Shown: in pieces, positions 27,152 to 37,229 of the stretch
Layout of the letters: the number at the start of each line of letters is the position of its first letter
How positions within the stretch are numbered: position 1 is the first letter of the stretch
Source: Desulfomonilia bacterium
GTDB lineage: Bacteria > Desulfobacterota > Desulfomonilia > UBA1062
NCBI GenBank assembly: GCA_963664325.2
Contig: CAXXDQ010000006.1
Location: 1 to 64,000 of the forward strand
Direction: 5' to 3'
Length of the DNA: 64,000 nucleotides
Notes under the pieces: model-generated
Told to the model about the DNA's origin: nothing
Database searches by the model: none
Seen by the model: only the letters and a program-made list of their open reading frames with translations
Translations under genes and position numbers: made by a program

Positions 27152-28576
27152 TTATATGTGTTCCGATACCGGCAGCATAATATCAATTCTCAATCCTCCA
27201 AGGTCTGATGTGCCTGCTGTGATTCTGCCGTTCATAGCCTCGATGATACCCCTGCAGATAGATAAGCCCAGGCCGTTTCCGCCTTTCTGGCGAGAGCGGG
27301 AAATGTCGGTTTTGTAAAGTCGTTCAAACAAATAGGTCATGGATTCGTCAGGAACACCTGGGGGCGAGTCTTCGAAAATCATATGCAGGTTTTCTCCTTC
27401 GGAAGCGATGCCTACCCTTAATGTGCCTGGTGAATCAGTATATTTAAGCGTGTTCTCGAGTATGTTTGAAAAGACCTGTGCAAGCCTTTCATGGTCTCCC
27501 GTGATTCTGATCTCGGGGCTGTTGTCGGTAATCGGCAAAACCTTGATTCCGGCTTGTTCAAACCTGGATTTGAATGCTGTAACGACATTTTTAGCAATTG
27601 CAGATGGATTGATATTTTCTCTTTTCATGGAAAATGCATCACTGTCGATTAAGGAAAGTGAGTGCAGGTCATCAACAATCCTGCTTAAAAGCAGGATTTC
27701 GGAATGCAGTGATTGAAGGGCCTCATCATTTATATTTCTGATGCCGTCCTGAAGCGCCTCTATCTCGGCGCGCATTACGGCCAGCGGAGTGCGCAGTTCG
27801 TGTGAAATGTCCGTTATCCACTGTTTACGTAGGAATTCATACCGTTCCAGCGTGTTTGCCATGCGGTTGAAGTCCAGAGACAGCTGGCCCAGTTCATCCG
27901 AGGAACGCACATCAATGCGTGTGTCGAATCTGCGGGAGGCTAGGGCATGGGCCCCTTCGGCAAGCCTTTTCACGGGCAGCAGAATCTGCCTGGAAAGAAA
28001 CAGGGATACAAGCGCTGCAAGAAGCAGTATTCCAATCCCTATAACTATGAAAGCACGGCTCTGGCGATACAGGAATTTCAACTGAATCGGATCTGATATC
28101 CTTTCAGGCCGGAGCAGGCCAAGCCAACCGACAGTCTTGTTGTCAAGGTTTATTGCCTTTAAAACATAATTCCTTGTGGAATCCTTTTTACCGAACACAG
28201 GCTGTCTGTCCTTATCAAAGAGCATGAGCCTGGGGGGCATATCCTGTGGCGGCGGTCCCGGTCTGGAGGGCGGCTGCCTGAAATATACTTCATCAGGAGC
28301 AGGTGGCGGGGGTTGCTTCATCCTCTGGGATTGCATCACTGACCGAAGTATCTCTTCCCATGCTGCCTGGTTTTTTCGAATATGATCCCAGCTCCCGTAT
28401 TTCTGATATTCGACCTCAAGTCTTACGATTATATCACTTGCCTGCTTCATCTCCACATCGCGGATATAAGTTGTAAAGTTGCGGATTGCGTAATAGCGCA
28501 TGATGCCGGTCATCAGGACGACTATTGTGATACAGCTCAGGAGAAAAGCAAGAAACAGTCTGGTGGTGAGTTTCAT
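27152..28576 (-). CDS. baeS: HAMP-domain sensor histidine kinase, BaeS-like
   Basis: Two TM segments, HAMP DELGQL, DISHELRTPLAV, EDSPPGVP and GGNGLGLSIC. Confidence 0.85.
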   Translation of the reverse strand: MKLTTRLFLAFLLSCITIVVLMTGIMRYYAIRNFTTYIRDVEMKQASDIIVRLEVEYQKYGSWDHIRKNQAAWEEILRSVMQSQRMKQPPPPAPDEVYFRQPPSRPGPPPQDMPPRLMLFDKDRQPVFGKKDSTRNYVLKAINLDNKTVGWLGLLRPERISDPIQLKFLYRQSRAFIVIGIGILLLAALVSLFLSRQILLPVKRLAEGAHALASRRFDTRIDVRSSDELGQLSLDFNRMANTLERYEFLRKQWITDISHELRTPLAVMRAEIEALQDGIRNINDEALQSLHSEILLLSRIVDDLHSLSLIDSDAFSMKRENINPSAIAKNVVTAFKSRFEQAGIKVLPITDNSPEIRITGDHERLAQVFSNILENTLKYTDSPGTLRVGIASEGENLHMIFEDSPPGVPDESMTYLFERLYKTDISRSRQKGGNGLGLSICRGIIEAMNGRITAGTSDLGGLRIDIMLPVSEHI

Positions 28577-28644
28577 GAAAACAGTACTGTATTTAACTTA
28601 AGGTTAATGTCCAGATGTTTTTGCAAAATCCACATCATTTACAT

Positions 28645-28667
28645 TTTTTCTCCATAATATCTCCATA
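28645..28667 (+). promoter_or_regulatory. BaeR-box-like direct repeat
   Basis: TTTTTCTCCATAAT, with TCTCCATA repeated at an 11 bp period (28649, 28660), between baeS-like and the divergent gene. Confidence 0.6.
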
Positions 28668-28712
28668 GTTTTATGGCAAAAGCAGGTCAAAATTAATGAG
28701 GGAGGCACACTT

Positions 28713-29150
28713 ATGAAGAGACCCGTAATTGTACTCGCAATGATTCTGGCAGGCGGTGTTGTTTTTTCATCGGCGGCATTTGGTCTTGATCCGCCTGCGG
28801 GACAACCTCAAATGCCCGGTGCTTTCATGGCCCCGCCGCCTCATGGTTCAAGAATGGAGCCACCCGTTAATCGGGGATTAAAGCTCATTTGTGATAATAT
28901 GCAGATAAATGTTCTGGCCGAGCTTACAGGCTTGTCGCAGGAAAATATCAGGCAACTGCTTATAAGCAGTCCACCGCAGGCCATAATTGATGCATACGGG
29001 GTTTCACCTGAAGTATTCTGTTCGTCAATGGACAAGCAGACAACAAAACTCATCAGTCAGGCAGCACTGGCAGGAGTGATTACCAGGAAACAGGCCGAAG
29101 AAATACAGAAGAAACTGAGCATGAAACCTACAGGACCATATCAAAGATAG
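28713..29150 (+). CDS. hypothetical periplasmic protein, Pro/Met-rich N-terminus, helical
   Basis: GGAGG RBS, signal peptide ending AFG, and a downstream terminator. Confidence 0.8.
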   Translation: MKRPVIVLAMILAGGVVFSSAAFGLDPPAGQPQMPGAFMAPPPHGSRMEPPVNRGLKLICDNMQINVLAELTGLSQENIRQLLISSPPQAIIDAYGVSPEVFCSSMDKQTTKLISQAALAGVITRKQAEEIQKKLSMKPTGPYQR

Positions 29151-29206
29151 ATATTCAAATCATGCAAAAACTGCCCCAAAATCCTCATTTACAGTCCCCC
29201 TCAGTT

Positions 29207-29237
29207 GCCGGGCTGAATAGTAAGCCCGGCTTTTTTT
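29207..29237 (+). terminator. rho-independent terminator
   Basis: GCCGGGCT-N8-AGCCCGGC followed by T7. Confidence 0.85.
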
Positions 29238-29284
29238 AAAAAGTGGATTTGCCACATGGATAAAAGATCGAAAAGGAGAGCGAA

Positions 29285-30280
29285 GTGAAAAAACATTATT
29301 CAAGAGAATACTGGAGAACAAATATATTAAAATTGAGGTTTGTATATGTGCTTGCCGCTTCGATCATGCTGTTTCTGTCCGGATGCGGCGATGAAGGTTC
29401 AACCACTACCCAGGAAGATTATAGCACTGCTCTTTTTCTGAGTTATGCATGCACAAATCCCACAGAACCCATGCACGCAATTGTTTATGACAATCTGAAA
29501 GATGCTTTTGAGGCGCTTACCGAAAGCGGTCTCCAGACCTATCTTTATAATTATTATGAGGCAAACGGTGAATTGCCGTCTAGTGTGGATATTATCACGG
29601 ATGTCAAAAATGCGGGTTATACGATTCCCAGCGGGATTACCTCGGGCGTCATGACTTTGGCAAGCGAAGGGAGCCTTTCCTGGAGCATTGATGCGACAAT
29701 TACATTCGGCGGTTTTACCAACAACAACCTTACCTATTCAGGGAGCATAGAGGCATCAGACCTGATAGCAACGCTTAGTTCATCGACGGGAGCACTTGTA
29801 ATTACATCAGGAACGCTCAAGGCAACCTCGCTTTCAATTATCAGTAGTTCGGATGGTTATGCGCAGGCTGATTACACATCTTACAGTGTCAAGATAGCGG
29901 AAGGAGATGATTCGGATTATCCGACACTTACTATTAATGGAACTGTCAGCGTCTATAATGATTCTGACGGAGAAACGAATGAAATAATATTTTCATCCTT
30001 TAACTTTTCCCAGAATTCTACCGGCATAGAATCAATTTCGGGTACTTTCAGTATTAATGGTTCAAGCTACACCGTCGGAGGGTCAAGTATATCTCGGGAC
30101 AGCGATTTCTATTGGACTGACGGGACGCTTACACTAACCGCCAAAAACAGTGACGATGAAGACAGCGTAGACGGGTATGTTACGATCACAGTCACTTTTG
30201 ACGGTACAACGGCAACTCTTAGCAAGACGAGTGGAGAATGGGATATTGAAGACTGGTGCACGGGCAGGCTTATACCATAA
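29285..30280 (+). CDS. hypothetical Ser/Thr-rich acidic lipoprotein
   Basis: AGGAG RBS, lipobox LSGC and a beta-rich composition. Confidence 0.8.
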   Translation: MKKHYSREYWRTNILKLRFVYVLAASIMLFLSGCGDEGSTTTQEDYSTALFLSYACTNPTEPMHAIVYDNLKDAFEALTESGLQTYLYNYYEANGELPSSVDIITDVKNAGYTIPSGITSGVMTLASEGSLSWSIDATITFGGFTNNNLTYSGSIEASDLIATLSSSTGALVITSGTLKATSLSIISSSDGYAQADYTSYSVKIAEGDDSDYPTLTINGTVSVYNDSDGETNEIIFSSFNFSQNSTGIESISGTFSINGSSYTVGGSSISRDSDFYWTDGTLTLTAKNSDDEDSVDGYVTITVTFDGTTATLSKTSGEWDIEDWCTGRLIP

Positions 30281-30754
30281 AATCATATTGGCTTGAACTG
30301 CTGAGATTCGCTCATTGCATCATGATATATTACTATCAGCCTGTTTGCTTGATGAAAATGTTTGTGAAAATATAACATACAAAGGCCGAGGCCTAGATGG
30401 AGATGAAATTTCAAAAGATCAGGAATGTCCCGTTTCAGATCCAGACATGTCTTTCAAAGATCAAGACCGGACAACTAATATTCATCATCCATCTTGCTGT
30501 GCTGGGACATCTGGAGAAAGTCACATTCTTCTTTAATTTCTGCAGTCTGTTCCATGGTTGATATATTTATTATAGTTCATCGTTGCACTTAAAACCTTGG
30601 GACAATATTTTACCATTTTGTAGAAAATAATTCCCAGCTGCCCTGACTGTTTGACCGTAATATGGCAAGATATCAATAAGTTAGTACCTTGCGCGGTTTT
30701 TGCATAAATGTTGATCGAAGAGATTAATAAACATTATTAATGAAGGAGGATTCA

Positions 30755-32626
30755 ATGTTTAGATGGAATGGTATTAGGTATATAACGGCGGGTCTGGTTT
30801 TGTTCCTGTTTGCATCGGGGTTTCTGGGTTTCTGCGTGGGGCCGAACTATAAGCCCTGCTCGATTCAGTTTACGGCCCCGGTTAATGGAACGGTGTTCCC
30901 AACCGGAACATCCAGTGTGACTATTCAAGGTATAATCATAGCAGGTGACAAGCAACCGGTAACACTCAAAGCTAATGGTGCAGCCATCCCCTTTGATAAA
31001 ACTTCTGGCACTTTTGCCTATGTGTTTCCTTTAGCTTCATCAAGTATCTATTCTACTTGTACCTTCCAGGTCAGCGATGCTAACGGCATTGTCAACAGGG
31101 AAAGAATTTCATTTGCGGTGGGTGAATCAGCCGAACCTGGAGCAGATAGTGTTGTTGATAATGCAGCCAGACTATTGCTCAGTGACGGGTTTATGGATCA
31201 AGTTGAGATAATCGGCGCCGAGTTTATCAACAATTGGAAAAATGATCTGATTTACGGCTATACCCATCCGGTCTACGGTTCTGCCAACCCGCAGAGTCCT
31301 TTTGCCGGCGCAGCACCTCTCTTGCCGCTCCAGTTGAATGATGTTCCAGTTGGAGACTACATCCGAATAGACAACACTATGAGCGGTGACCATAAAGGAT
31401 ATATTAATCTCGGCAATATCAGCATGGCCATTGATATCCTTCCTAACAGCGAGATCAGGGCCGATCTAAATATCGCCCCTGAAAGCTGGGTCAATCCTAG
31501 GGGCGGGAGCGCCAAGGCCCTCTTTGTTCAGGGGCACCATGAGTATTGGTGGCTTGGCAACCCTCATTTCACACTCATAGCCGGAGGTGCTTCCATAACG
31601 AATGCCCGTTTGAAGTTGAGCGTGGATGCAGATAATATGATCGTTGCGCACCTGGATTTGAGCGGAGCAGCGCTTAACCTCAACAACGTCACGACCGAAT
31701 ATGGAATCCTTGAATTCCCGGACTTTATTTCGCAGTGGATTATCGATCTGGTGAAGGATGAAATCCTTTCGACGCTTGCATTGAATATTCCGATTGTGGA
31801 TGTCAACAGCATAGCTTTTGACTTATCCGGCGTAAAAGTCGGAGGATGGCCGATGGATCCTGTCCATTTGTTCTCTTCAACCGCAACGGATATGACCATT
31901 GATCTTGGCCTGTCTGCGGAGCTTGATGATGGAGTCGTTCCTCTGGTTCCGGGTCTGACAAGATTCTATTCCACGCCCGGCGATTCCCTGCCCGCATTGA
32001 GTGTTACCGGCGATGAAAACGTCATCCTGGCCCTCAATGATGATCTGGTCAACAATGCTGCTTTTGTTGCCATCCAGGCAGGTCTTGTCAAGGATATAGA
32101 CATCTCAGACCAGTTCAAAACAGAGCTTGGCAAACTCGCCAACTATAAGATGAAGGCCATTGCTAATCTTACCACTCCGCCCATTTGCGATTTTTCCGCC
32201 AGTTCTCAGGGCGGGTCTTCAGATACGCTTGATGCCGGGAGGATAATTGTAAAAGATCTCAGAATAGACCTTTACAATGCATCCCTCATTCCTCCTTATC
32301 CGCATGCAGCCCGTTGCAGTGTTGATGCGGATATAGCCCTGAAACTGAATATCAGTGATGATGGAAAACATATTCAAGCTTCAATTGATACCGAAAAAAG
32401 TGTCATCAGCTCCATGACCCTCTATTCAAACCTGACCAGTGCCGCACTCCTGCCGAATATTGGCGGGAAAATCGCCAATGATGTCCTGAATAAACTCATA
32501 GGAAAGATGATTAGCATCCAGATCAATTCCCTGGATCTTTTTGGCTCACAGATCGGCATATCGATTGAGGGTGGAGGGCTTCAGAACAACTGTTTAATAG
32601 CAAAGATCCGCATTGAAAACATGTAA
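30755..32626 (+). CDS. secreted hypothetical protein with an Ig-like domain and a suspected BPI/LBP-like region
   Basis: AAGGAGG RBS, signal peptide, IQFTAP...D.NG Ig pattern and LALNDDLVNNAAF. Motifs are shared with 40244..42844. Confidence 0.75.
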   Translation: MFRWNGIRYITAGLVLFLFASGFLGFCVGPNYKPCSIQFTAPVNGTVFPTGTSSVTIQGIIIAGDKQPVTLKANGAAIPFDKTSGTFAYVFPLASSSIYSTCTFQVSDANGIVNRERISFAVGESAEPGADSVVDNAARLLLSDGFMDQVEIIGAEFINNWKNDLIYGYTHPVYGSANPQSPFAGAAPLLPLQLNDVPVGDYIRIDNTMSGDHKGYINLGNISMAIDILPNSEIRADLNIAPESWVNPRGGSAKALFVQGHHEYWWLGNPHFTLIAGGASITNARLKLSVDADNMIVAHLDLSGAALNLNNVTTEYGILEFPDFISQWIIDLVKDEILSTLALNIPIVDVNSIAFDLSGVKVGGWPMDPVHLFSSTATDMTIDLGLSAELDDGVVPLVPGLTRFYSTPGDSLPALSVTGDENVILALNDDLVNNAAFVAIQAGLVKDIDISDQFKTELGKLANYKMKAIANLTTPPICDFSASSQGGSSDTLDAGRIIVKDLRIDLYNASLIPPYPHAARCSVDADIALKLNISDDGKHIQASIDTEKSVISSMTLYSNLTSAALLPNIGGKIANDVLNKLIGKMISIQINSLDLFGSQIGISIEGGGLQNNCLIAKIRIENM

Positions 32627-32633
32627 AGTGTTA

Positions 32634-32660
32634 TACCGGGGGACATGATGTCCCCCGGTA
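32634..32660. terminator. perfect 12 bp stem-loop between convergent genes
   Basis: TACCGGGGGACA-TGA-TGTCCCCCGGTA. Confidence 0.7.
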
Positions 32661-32793
32661 AGTTTCAATAAACATTTTACAAAGGCGCCAAATGGGCCAA
32701 ATTCCTGACGTTCTTCTTCGAAAGTTTAAGGGTGCGTATGAACTACCCCTGATTCCTCATTTCAACATATATATTTAACGTTCTAAGCTTGTA

Positions 32794-33504
32794 TTATTTT
32801 CTGTCCTTATCCTTGTCTTTACTCTTGTCCGTGCCTTTTCCTTTGCCCTGATTCTTTTCCTCTTTCCATTCCTTATTTTTGTTTTTGTTATATTTTTCCT
32901 TCTGGTATTTCTCCTGCCTGATATCATAATCAATTGCCGCATAATCTTTGCCTGCTGATCTGTAGCGCATTATCTGTTCAGGTGCATAACCATGATGTTC
33001 CGAGATAAATCTCAGGTTTACCTGGTTTATGATATCGGCGTCACTGAGGCGGATTTTATACCAATCTTTGTGCGGATACTTTTTATAATAACCGTAAGCA
33101 TGTCCATATGGCGGCCCATAATGCTTTACCTTTACCGGTACATAATATATCTCCGGACTCAAGCCGTAGTGCAGAGTGATATCCATCCAGCTCATATTTC
33201 TCATTCGCAACGATACAATTACTTCAGGTTTGACATGGGCCCTTTGCGCCAGGAAAAATACCACAGGCATTTCATCCTCGGGTATGCCGCGCTTGTGAAT
33301 TACAACAACTTCATCATTCGGTACTTTGTAATATTCACCGATTGAGATATTGAAGCTTTCTATGCCCTGTTTCCCGCCAGATATGCCCACATTCCACTGT
33401 GTTTGAGCCAAAGACATCAGAGGGCAGGCCAGGATTGATAAAAGCACCAACAAAAAGATGATAAGAGTCTGCCGGTTGTGTAGTTGTTTCTTTGAATAAA
33501 GCAT
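32794..33504 (-). CDS. hypothetical exported protein with a PPYGHAYGY motif and Lys/Asp-rich tail
   Basis: GGAGG RBS, signal peptide ending SLA, and a charged low-complexity C-terminus. Confidence 0.8.
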   Translation of the reverse strand: MLYSKKQLHNRQTLIIFLLVLLSILACPLMSLAQTQWNVGISGGKQGIESFNISIGEYYKVPNDEVVVIHKRGIPEDEMPVVFFLAQRAHVKPEVIVSLRMRNMSWMDITLHYGLSPEIYYVPVKVKHYGPPYGHAYGYYKKYPHKDWYKIRLSDADIINQVNLRFISEHHGYAPEQIMRYRSAGKDYAAIDYDIRQEKYQKEKYNKNKNKEWKEEKNQGKGKGTDKSKDKDKDRK

Positions 33505-33776
33505 GATGAATCCTCCCGGGAGTAATTGTTATGGTAATTTTGAATATGCCACTATTTGATTTTGTTCACCATAAATATTTATCTTGTAAGCCAAAAAAAA
33601 TGAAATGTCTGGTCTCTCTACATTGACAGGATGGTATGAGTCTTAAAAGAATTGAGCTATACCAGCCTGACAAATATAAGGCTGAATTTTACAATGCCTG
33701 TGAATGAAAATGATAATTATCGTTTTCCTTCAACATGGGATTGACATTGCCGGATATGAAACGGCATACCCATGTC

Positions 33777-34652
33777 ATGAAAGACTATCTGGTTCGCTCA
33801 ATATCAGAAGAATACAATGTCAGGGCAATCGCCTGCATTACAACCGGGGTTGTTTCAAAGGCGTGCGTCAGGCATGGAACATATCCGACTGCGTCGGCAG
33901 CGCTTGGGAGGGCACTGACAGGGGGACTGATTCTAGGAGCTTTGCTGGACTCCGGCCAGAGGGTGGCTCTGGCCTTTGACGGCAACGGGCCTCTTGGAAA
34001 GGTCATGGTCGAGGCAACAAGTTCAGGAGCAGTAAAAGGCTATGTGAAAAATCCACATATTGAGCTTGATTCAAAAAACGGAAAACTTGATGTGGCCGGA
34101 GCGGTCGGGACCGATGGCTTTCTTACCGTCACCAAGGACCTCGGGCTGAAGGAGACTTACAGGGGAATTGTCAGGCTTCTTTCCGGCGAAATTGCAACTG
34201 ATATTGCATATTATCTCACCGAAAGCGAACAGATACCCTCGGCAGTCGGGCTCGGGGTGTTTGTGGATAAAGACGATTCTATCACAGCTGCAGGAGGATT
34301 TCTGCTGCAGACCCTGCCTCCTTCGGATGATACTGTCATTGATGAGCTTATACACAGGATGCAGTCGATGCCTTCTGTAACCGAACAGCTCAGAAATGGT
34401 ATTTTGCCGGAGGGCATACTTGAAGCCATATTCGGTTCAATTACATTCAAGGTGCTGGAGAGGAAGTCTCTTTTCTACAGGTGCTCATGCAGCAGGGAAA
34501 GAATTGAGCAGGCGTTGATAACTCTGGGCAGTAAGGGTCTGGAATCTGTCCTTCATGACAACGAGGATATAGATATAAAATGCGAGTTTTGCCGCAGGAT
34601 ATATATTTTCAAGAAGGAAGAAATTATAAGGCTCCTTGATGAGATGCATTAG
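33777..34652 (+). CDS. hslO: Hsp33 redox-regulated chaperone
   Basis: DYLVR, ALGRALT, SEQIPSAVGLGV, AGGFLLQ and the CxC...CxxC Zn switch (CSC, CEFC). Start is approximate. Confidence 0.96.
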   Translation: MKDYLVRSISEEYNVRAIACITTGVVSKACVRHGTYPTASAALGRALTGGLILGALLDSGQRVALAFDGNGPLGKVMVEATSSGAVKGYVKNPHIELDSKNGKLDVAGAVGTDGFLTVTKDLGLKETYRGIVRLLSGEIATDIAYYLTESEQIPSAVGLGVFVDKDDSITAAGGFLLQTLPPSDDTVIDELIHRMQSMPSVTEQLRNGILPEGILEAIFGSITFKVLERKSLFYRCSCSRERIEQALITLGSKGLESVLHDNEDIDIKCEFCRRIYIFKKEEIIRLLDEMH

Positions 34653-34705
34653 CGGCATTGCATATATTTAATCTATAATTATTATCCATGAATAAGGGGA
34701 CGATT

Positions 34706-35269
34706 ATGAAACTGACTGATAGCGAAAAGGCCTTTCTTTTAAAACTTGCGCGCGAGACCATAAAAGCCCTGCTTCAGGGAAGGGGCATTGGGGATGTGAG
34801 CGTAGACAAAGCATCCATCACCAAAACATTGAAAGAAGAGCGTGGCGTGTTTGTCACACTCCATAAAGCTCATCATGAACTGAGGGGATGCATCGGCTAC
34901 ATACTGCCTATGCTTCCACTGTGGCAGGCCGTCATGGAAAACGCAAGAAATGCCGCTTTCAGAGATCCCAGGTTCTCGCCGCTCAAGAGGATGGAACTTG
35001 ACAGTATTGAGATTGAAATATCGGCACTGACCGTTCCAGCGGAAATCAAGGATATATCCGAATTCAGGATCGGCATTGACGGCATAATACTTAAAAAAGG
35101 CTTCCATCAGGCTGTATTCCTGCCGCAGGTTGCTCCTGAACAGGGATGGGATGCCGAGACCACACTCAATTACCTGAGCATGAAGGCGGGTCTATCTCCT
35201 GATGCATGGCGTGAAGGTGCAAGCTTCGAGACATTTCAGGCAGAGGTGTTCAGCGAAAGCAATGATTGA
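34706..35269 (+). CDS. amrA: AMMECR1-domain protein (AmmeMemoRadiSam protein A)
   Basis: GVFVTL, LRGCIG, AAFRDPRF, FLPQVAPEQGWD and KAGL. Confidence 0.93.
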   Translation: MKLTDSEKAFLLKLARETIKALLQGRGIGDVSVDKASITKTLKEERGVFVTLHKAHHELRGCIGYILPMLPLWQAVMENARNAAFRDPRFSPLKRMELDSIEIEISALTVPAEIKDISEFRIGIDGIILKKGFHQAVFLPQVAPEQGWDAETTLNYLSMKAGLSPDAWREGASFETFQAEVFSESND

Positions 35270-35290
35270 TAGGCAGTTCTTGAAGGAACG

Positions 35291-36286
35291 ATGAGATATA
35301 TCCCCATAAGCGAGTATAAAACAGGACCTGAATCATGCTTTGACCCAGTGACCTGGGAGGACGAGAAGAAACGCATCAAAAAAATTCTACCCCGGCTCTG
35401 GGGAAAAGTTCCACTAAGGCCTGAATCTTTCAGTGCCGAGCTTGTATCAGTTGAGAAAAAATCCTCATATGTGATTGAAAAGGTAAAGATTGCTGTAGAA
35501 AATTCAGGCCGTCTCGCACATGACCTCATGCCTTTGTATATCCTTTTACCGAATAAGCCTAAGGTTAAACCCTGCCCGGTGGTGATCGTGCATCATCAGC
35601 ATGCGGGGGCATTTAATTTGGGTGGGGCCGAACCCGCAGGGATAATGGGCAGCCCTGACCAGGCAATAGGAATGGAGCTTGCCGAAAGGGGATACATAGC
35701 TGTCTGTCCTGACGCTCTTTGTTTCGGTGAAAGGCAGGAGTCCTCTGAAATGTTTACCGCCATGTATCTTTTAATGACCGGCAGAACTCTTAATTTTAAA
35801 TATATCCTGGATACAAGCAGGCTTATTGATTACCTGGAAACAAGGAATGAGATCGATAGCAGCCGGATTGCAATTGCCGGACATTCCATGGGGGGGCAGA
35901 TGGCGGTATGGTGTGCCTCATATGAACCAAGAATAAAGGTGGTACTGTCTAACTGCGGACTGGCCAAGATTTCCGGCAACGATTCTGTGGTCTCGGATGG
36001 CATCATACATAATTTTGCATTTTACCTCCCAGGTATTATCAGCAAAAATATTGAAACAAAGGATATTGCAGGGTTTCTTTTTCCCAGGCCGGTATTTATT
36101 TCGGCGGGCATACAGGATGCGAAATTTCCTATTAATGGAGTTGCGGAAATACATACTTGGCTTGAGCAGCAGTATTCTCATTATGCCTTGCAGGAAAAAA
36201 TAATTACATTAAGACATGCTGGAGGCCATATGATGCCATATGAAACAAGGGTCAGTATGTATGATTTCCTTGATGCAAACCTTTGA
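35291..36286 (+). CDS. dienelactone hydrolase-family alpha/beta hydrolase
   Basis: ELAERGY..CPDALCFGER, GHSMGG, G.QD..FP and GGH. Confidence 0.85.
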   Translation: MRYIPISEYKTGPESCFDPVTWEDEKKRIKKILPRLWGKVPLRPESFSAELVSVEKKSSYVIEKVKIAVENSGRLAHDLMPLYILLPNKPKVKPCPVVIVHHQHAGAFNLGGAEPAGIMGSPDQAIGMELAERGYIAVCPDALCFGERQESSEMFTAMYLLMTGRTLNFKYILDTSRLIDYLETRNEIDSSRIAIAGHSMGGQMAVWCASYEPRIKVVLSNCGLAKISGNDSVVSDGIIHNFAFYLPGIISKNIETKDIAGFLFPRPVFISAGIQDAKFPINGVAEIHTWLEQQYSHYALQEKIITLRHAGGHMMPYETRVSMYDFLDANL

Positions 36287-36347
36287 GGTCCTGTCACAAA
36301 GAATGCATTCAAATTTGTGTTAATATAATGACTTGTGTTGAGCGTCA

Positions 36348-36376
36348 TTGACTGGGTGGTTTTCTTGGTTTAAATT
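36348..36376 (+). promoter_or_regulatory. putative sigma70 promoter of corC-lnt
   Basis: TTGACT-N17-TAAATT upstream of an AGGAG RBS. Confidence 0.5.
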
Positions 36377-36398
36377 GCCTGACTTGAAGGAGAAATAA

Positions 36399-37229
36399 TT
36401 GGAAGCAGATAAAAAACAGGAAGAAAACAATTTTTTTGAAAAGGTTAAAAATTTCCTGGCAAGAGACAGAAGAAAGAATGCCAGGAACGAACTCCATGAA
36501 ATTATTGATGAGGTGGAGGAAATAGGAATTATCAATGAAAGCCAGGGGGAGATGATTGAAAACATCATAGTTCTGAAGGATACCTTGGTAAGGGAGATTA
36601 TGGTTCCCAAAATGGATATGGTTTCAGTGGAGTCCTCCAGTCCGGTAACAGATGTGGTAAATGCGATCGCAAAAAGCGGCTATTCAACGATACCTGTTTA
36701 TGAAGGGTCTTCGGGAAACATAGTCGGGATAGTCCATGCCAAGGATATTCTTATTAAAATGGATCAGTGCCTGGATAAATCCTCTGTAACTGGCATTATG
36801 AGGCAGCCGTATTTTGTCCCGGAAAGTAAAAAACTTATTGATCTTATAAAGGAATTCAGGGAGCGCAGGTGTAAAATTGCCATTGTTATTGACGAATACG
36901 GGAATGTGGACGGACTGGCCACGCTTGAAGACATATTAAATGAAATTGTTGAAACCCAGAGTTCTGAAAACGAAATACAAGATACTGGTGACGGGTCTTA
37001 TATTGTTGATCCCAGGATGTCGATTGAAGAATTTATTGATGAATTTTCTTTAGACATGCCCAGAGGGGAATACGATACTGTTGGGGGATTCATAACCTCC
37101 ACACTCGAAAGAATACCTGAGCAGGGAGAAATATTCGAGTTCAACAACCTTGAGTTTGAGATAGCGGAAGCTGACAAAAAACGCATATCAAAGCTTATAT
37201 TAAAAAAACACCGGGAGATTAAAACTTGA
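36399..37229 (+). CDS. corC: CorC/HlyC-family CBS-domain protein
   Basis: VREIMVP, AIVIDEYG, TLEDIL, EYDTVGG. Lies directly before lnt. Confidence 0.9.
   Translation: MEADKKQEENNFFEKVKNFLARDRRKNARNELHEIIDEVEEIGIINESQGEMIENIIVLKDTLVREIMVPKMDMVSVESSSPVTDVVNAIAKSGYSTIPVYEGSSGNIVGIVHAKDILIKMDQCLDKSSVTGIMRQPYFVPESKKLIDLIKEFRERRCKIAIVIDEYGNVDGLATLEDILNEIVETQSSENEIQDTGDGSYIVDPRMSIEEFIDEFSLDMPRGEYDTVGGFITSTLERIPEQGEIFEFNNLEFEIAEADKKRISKLILKKHREIKT

Noticed and set aside
30315-30536. 73 aa ORF in an intergenic gap
   Set aside because: TTG start without an RBS and no recognisable motif.
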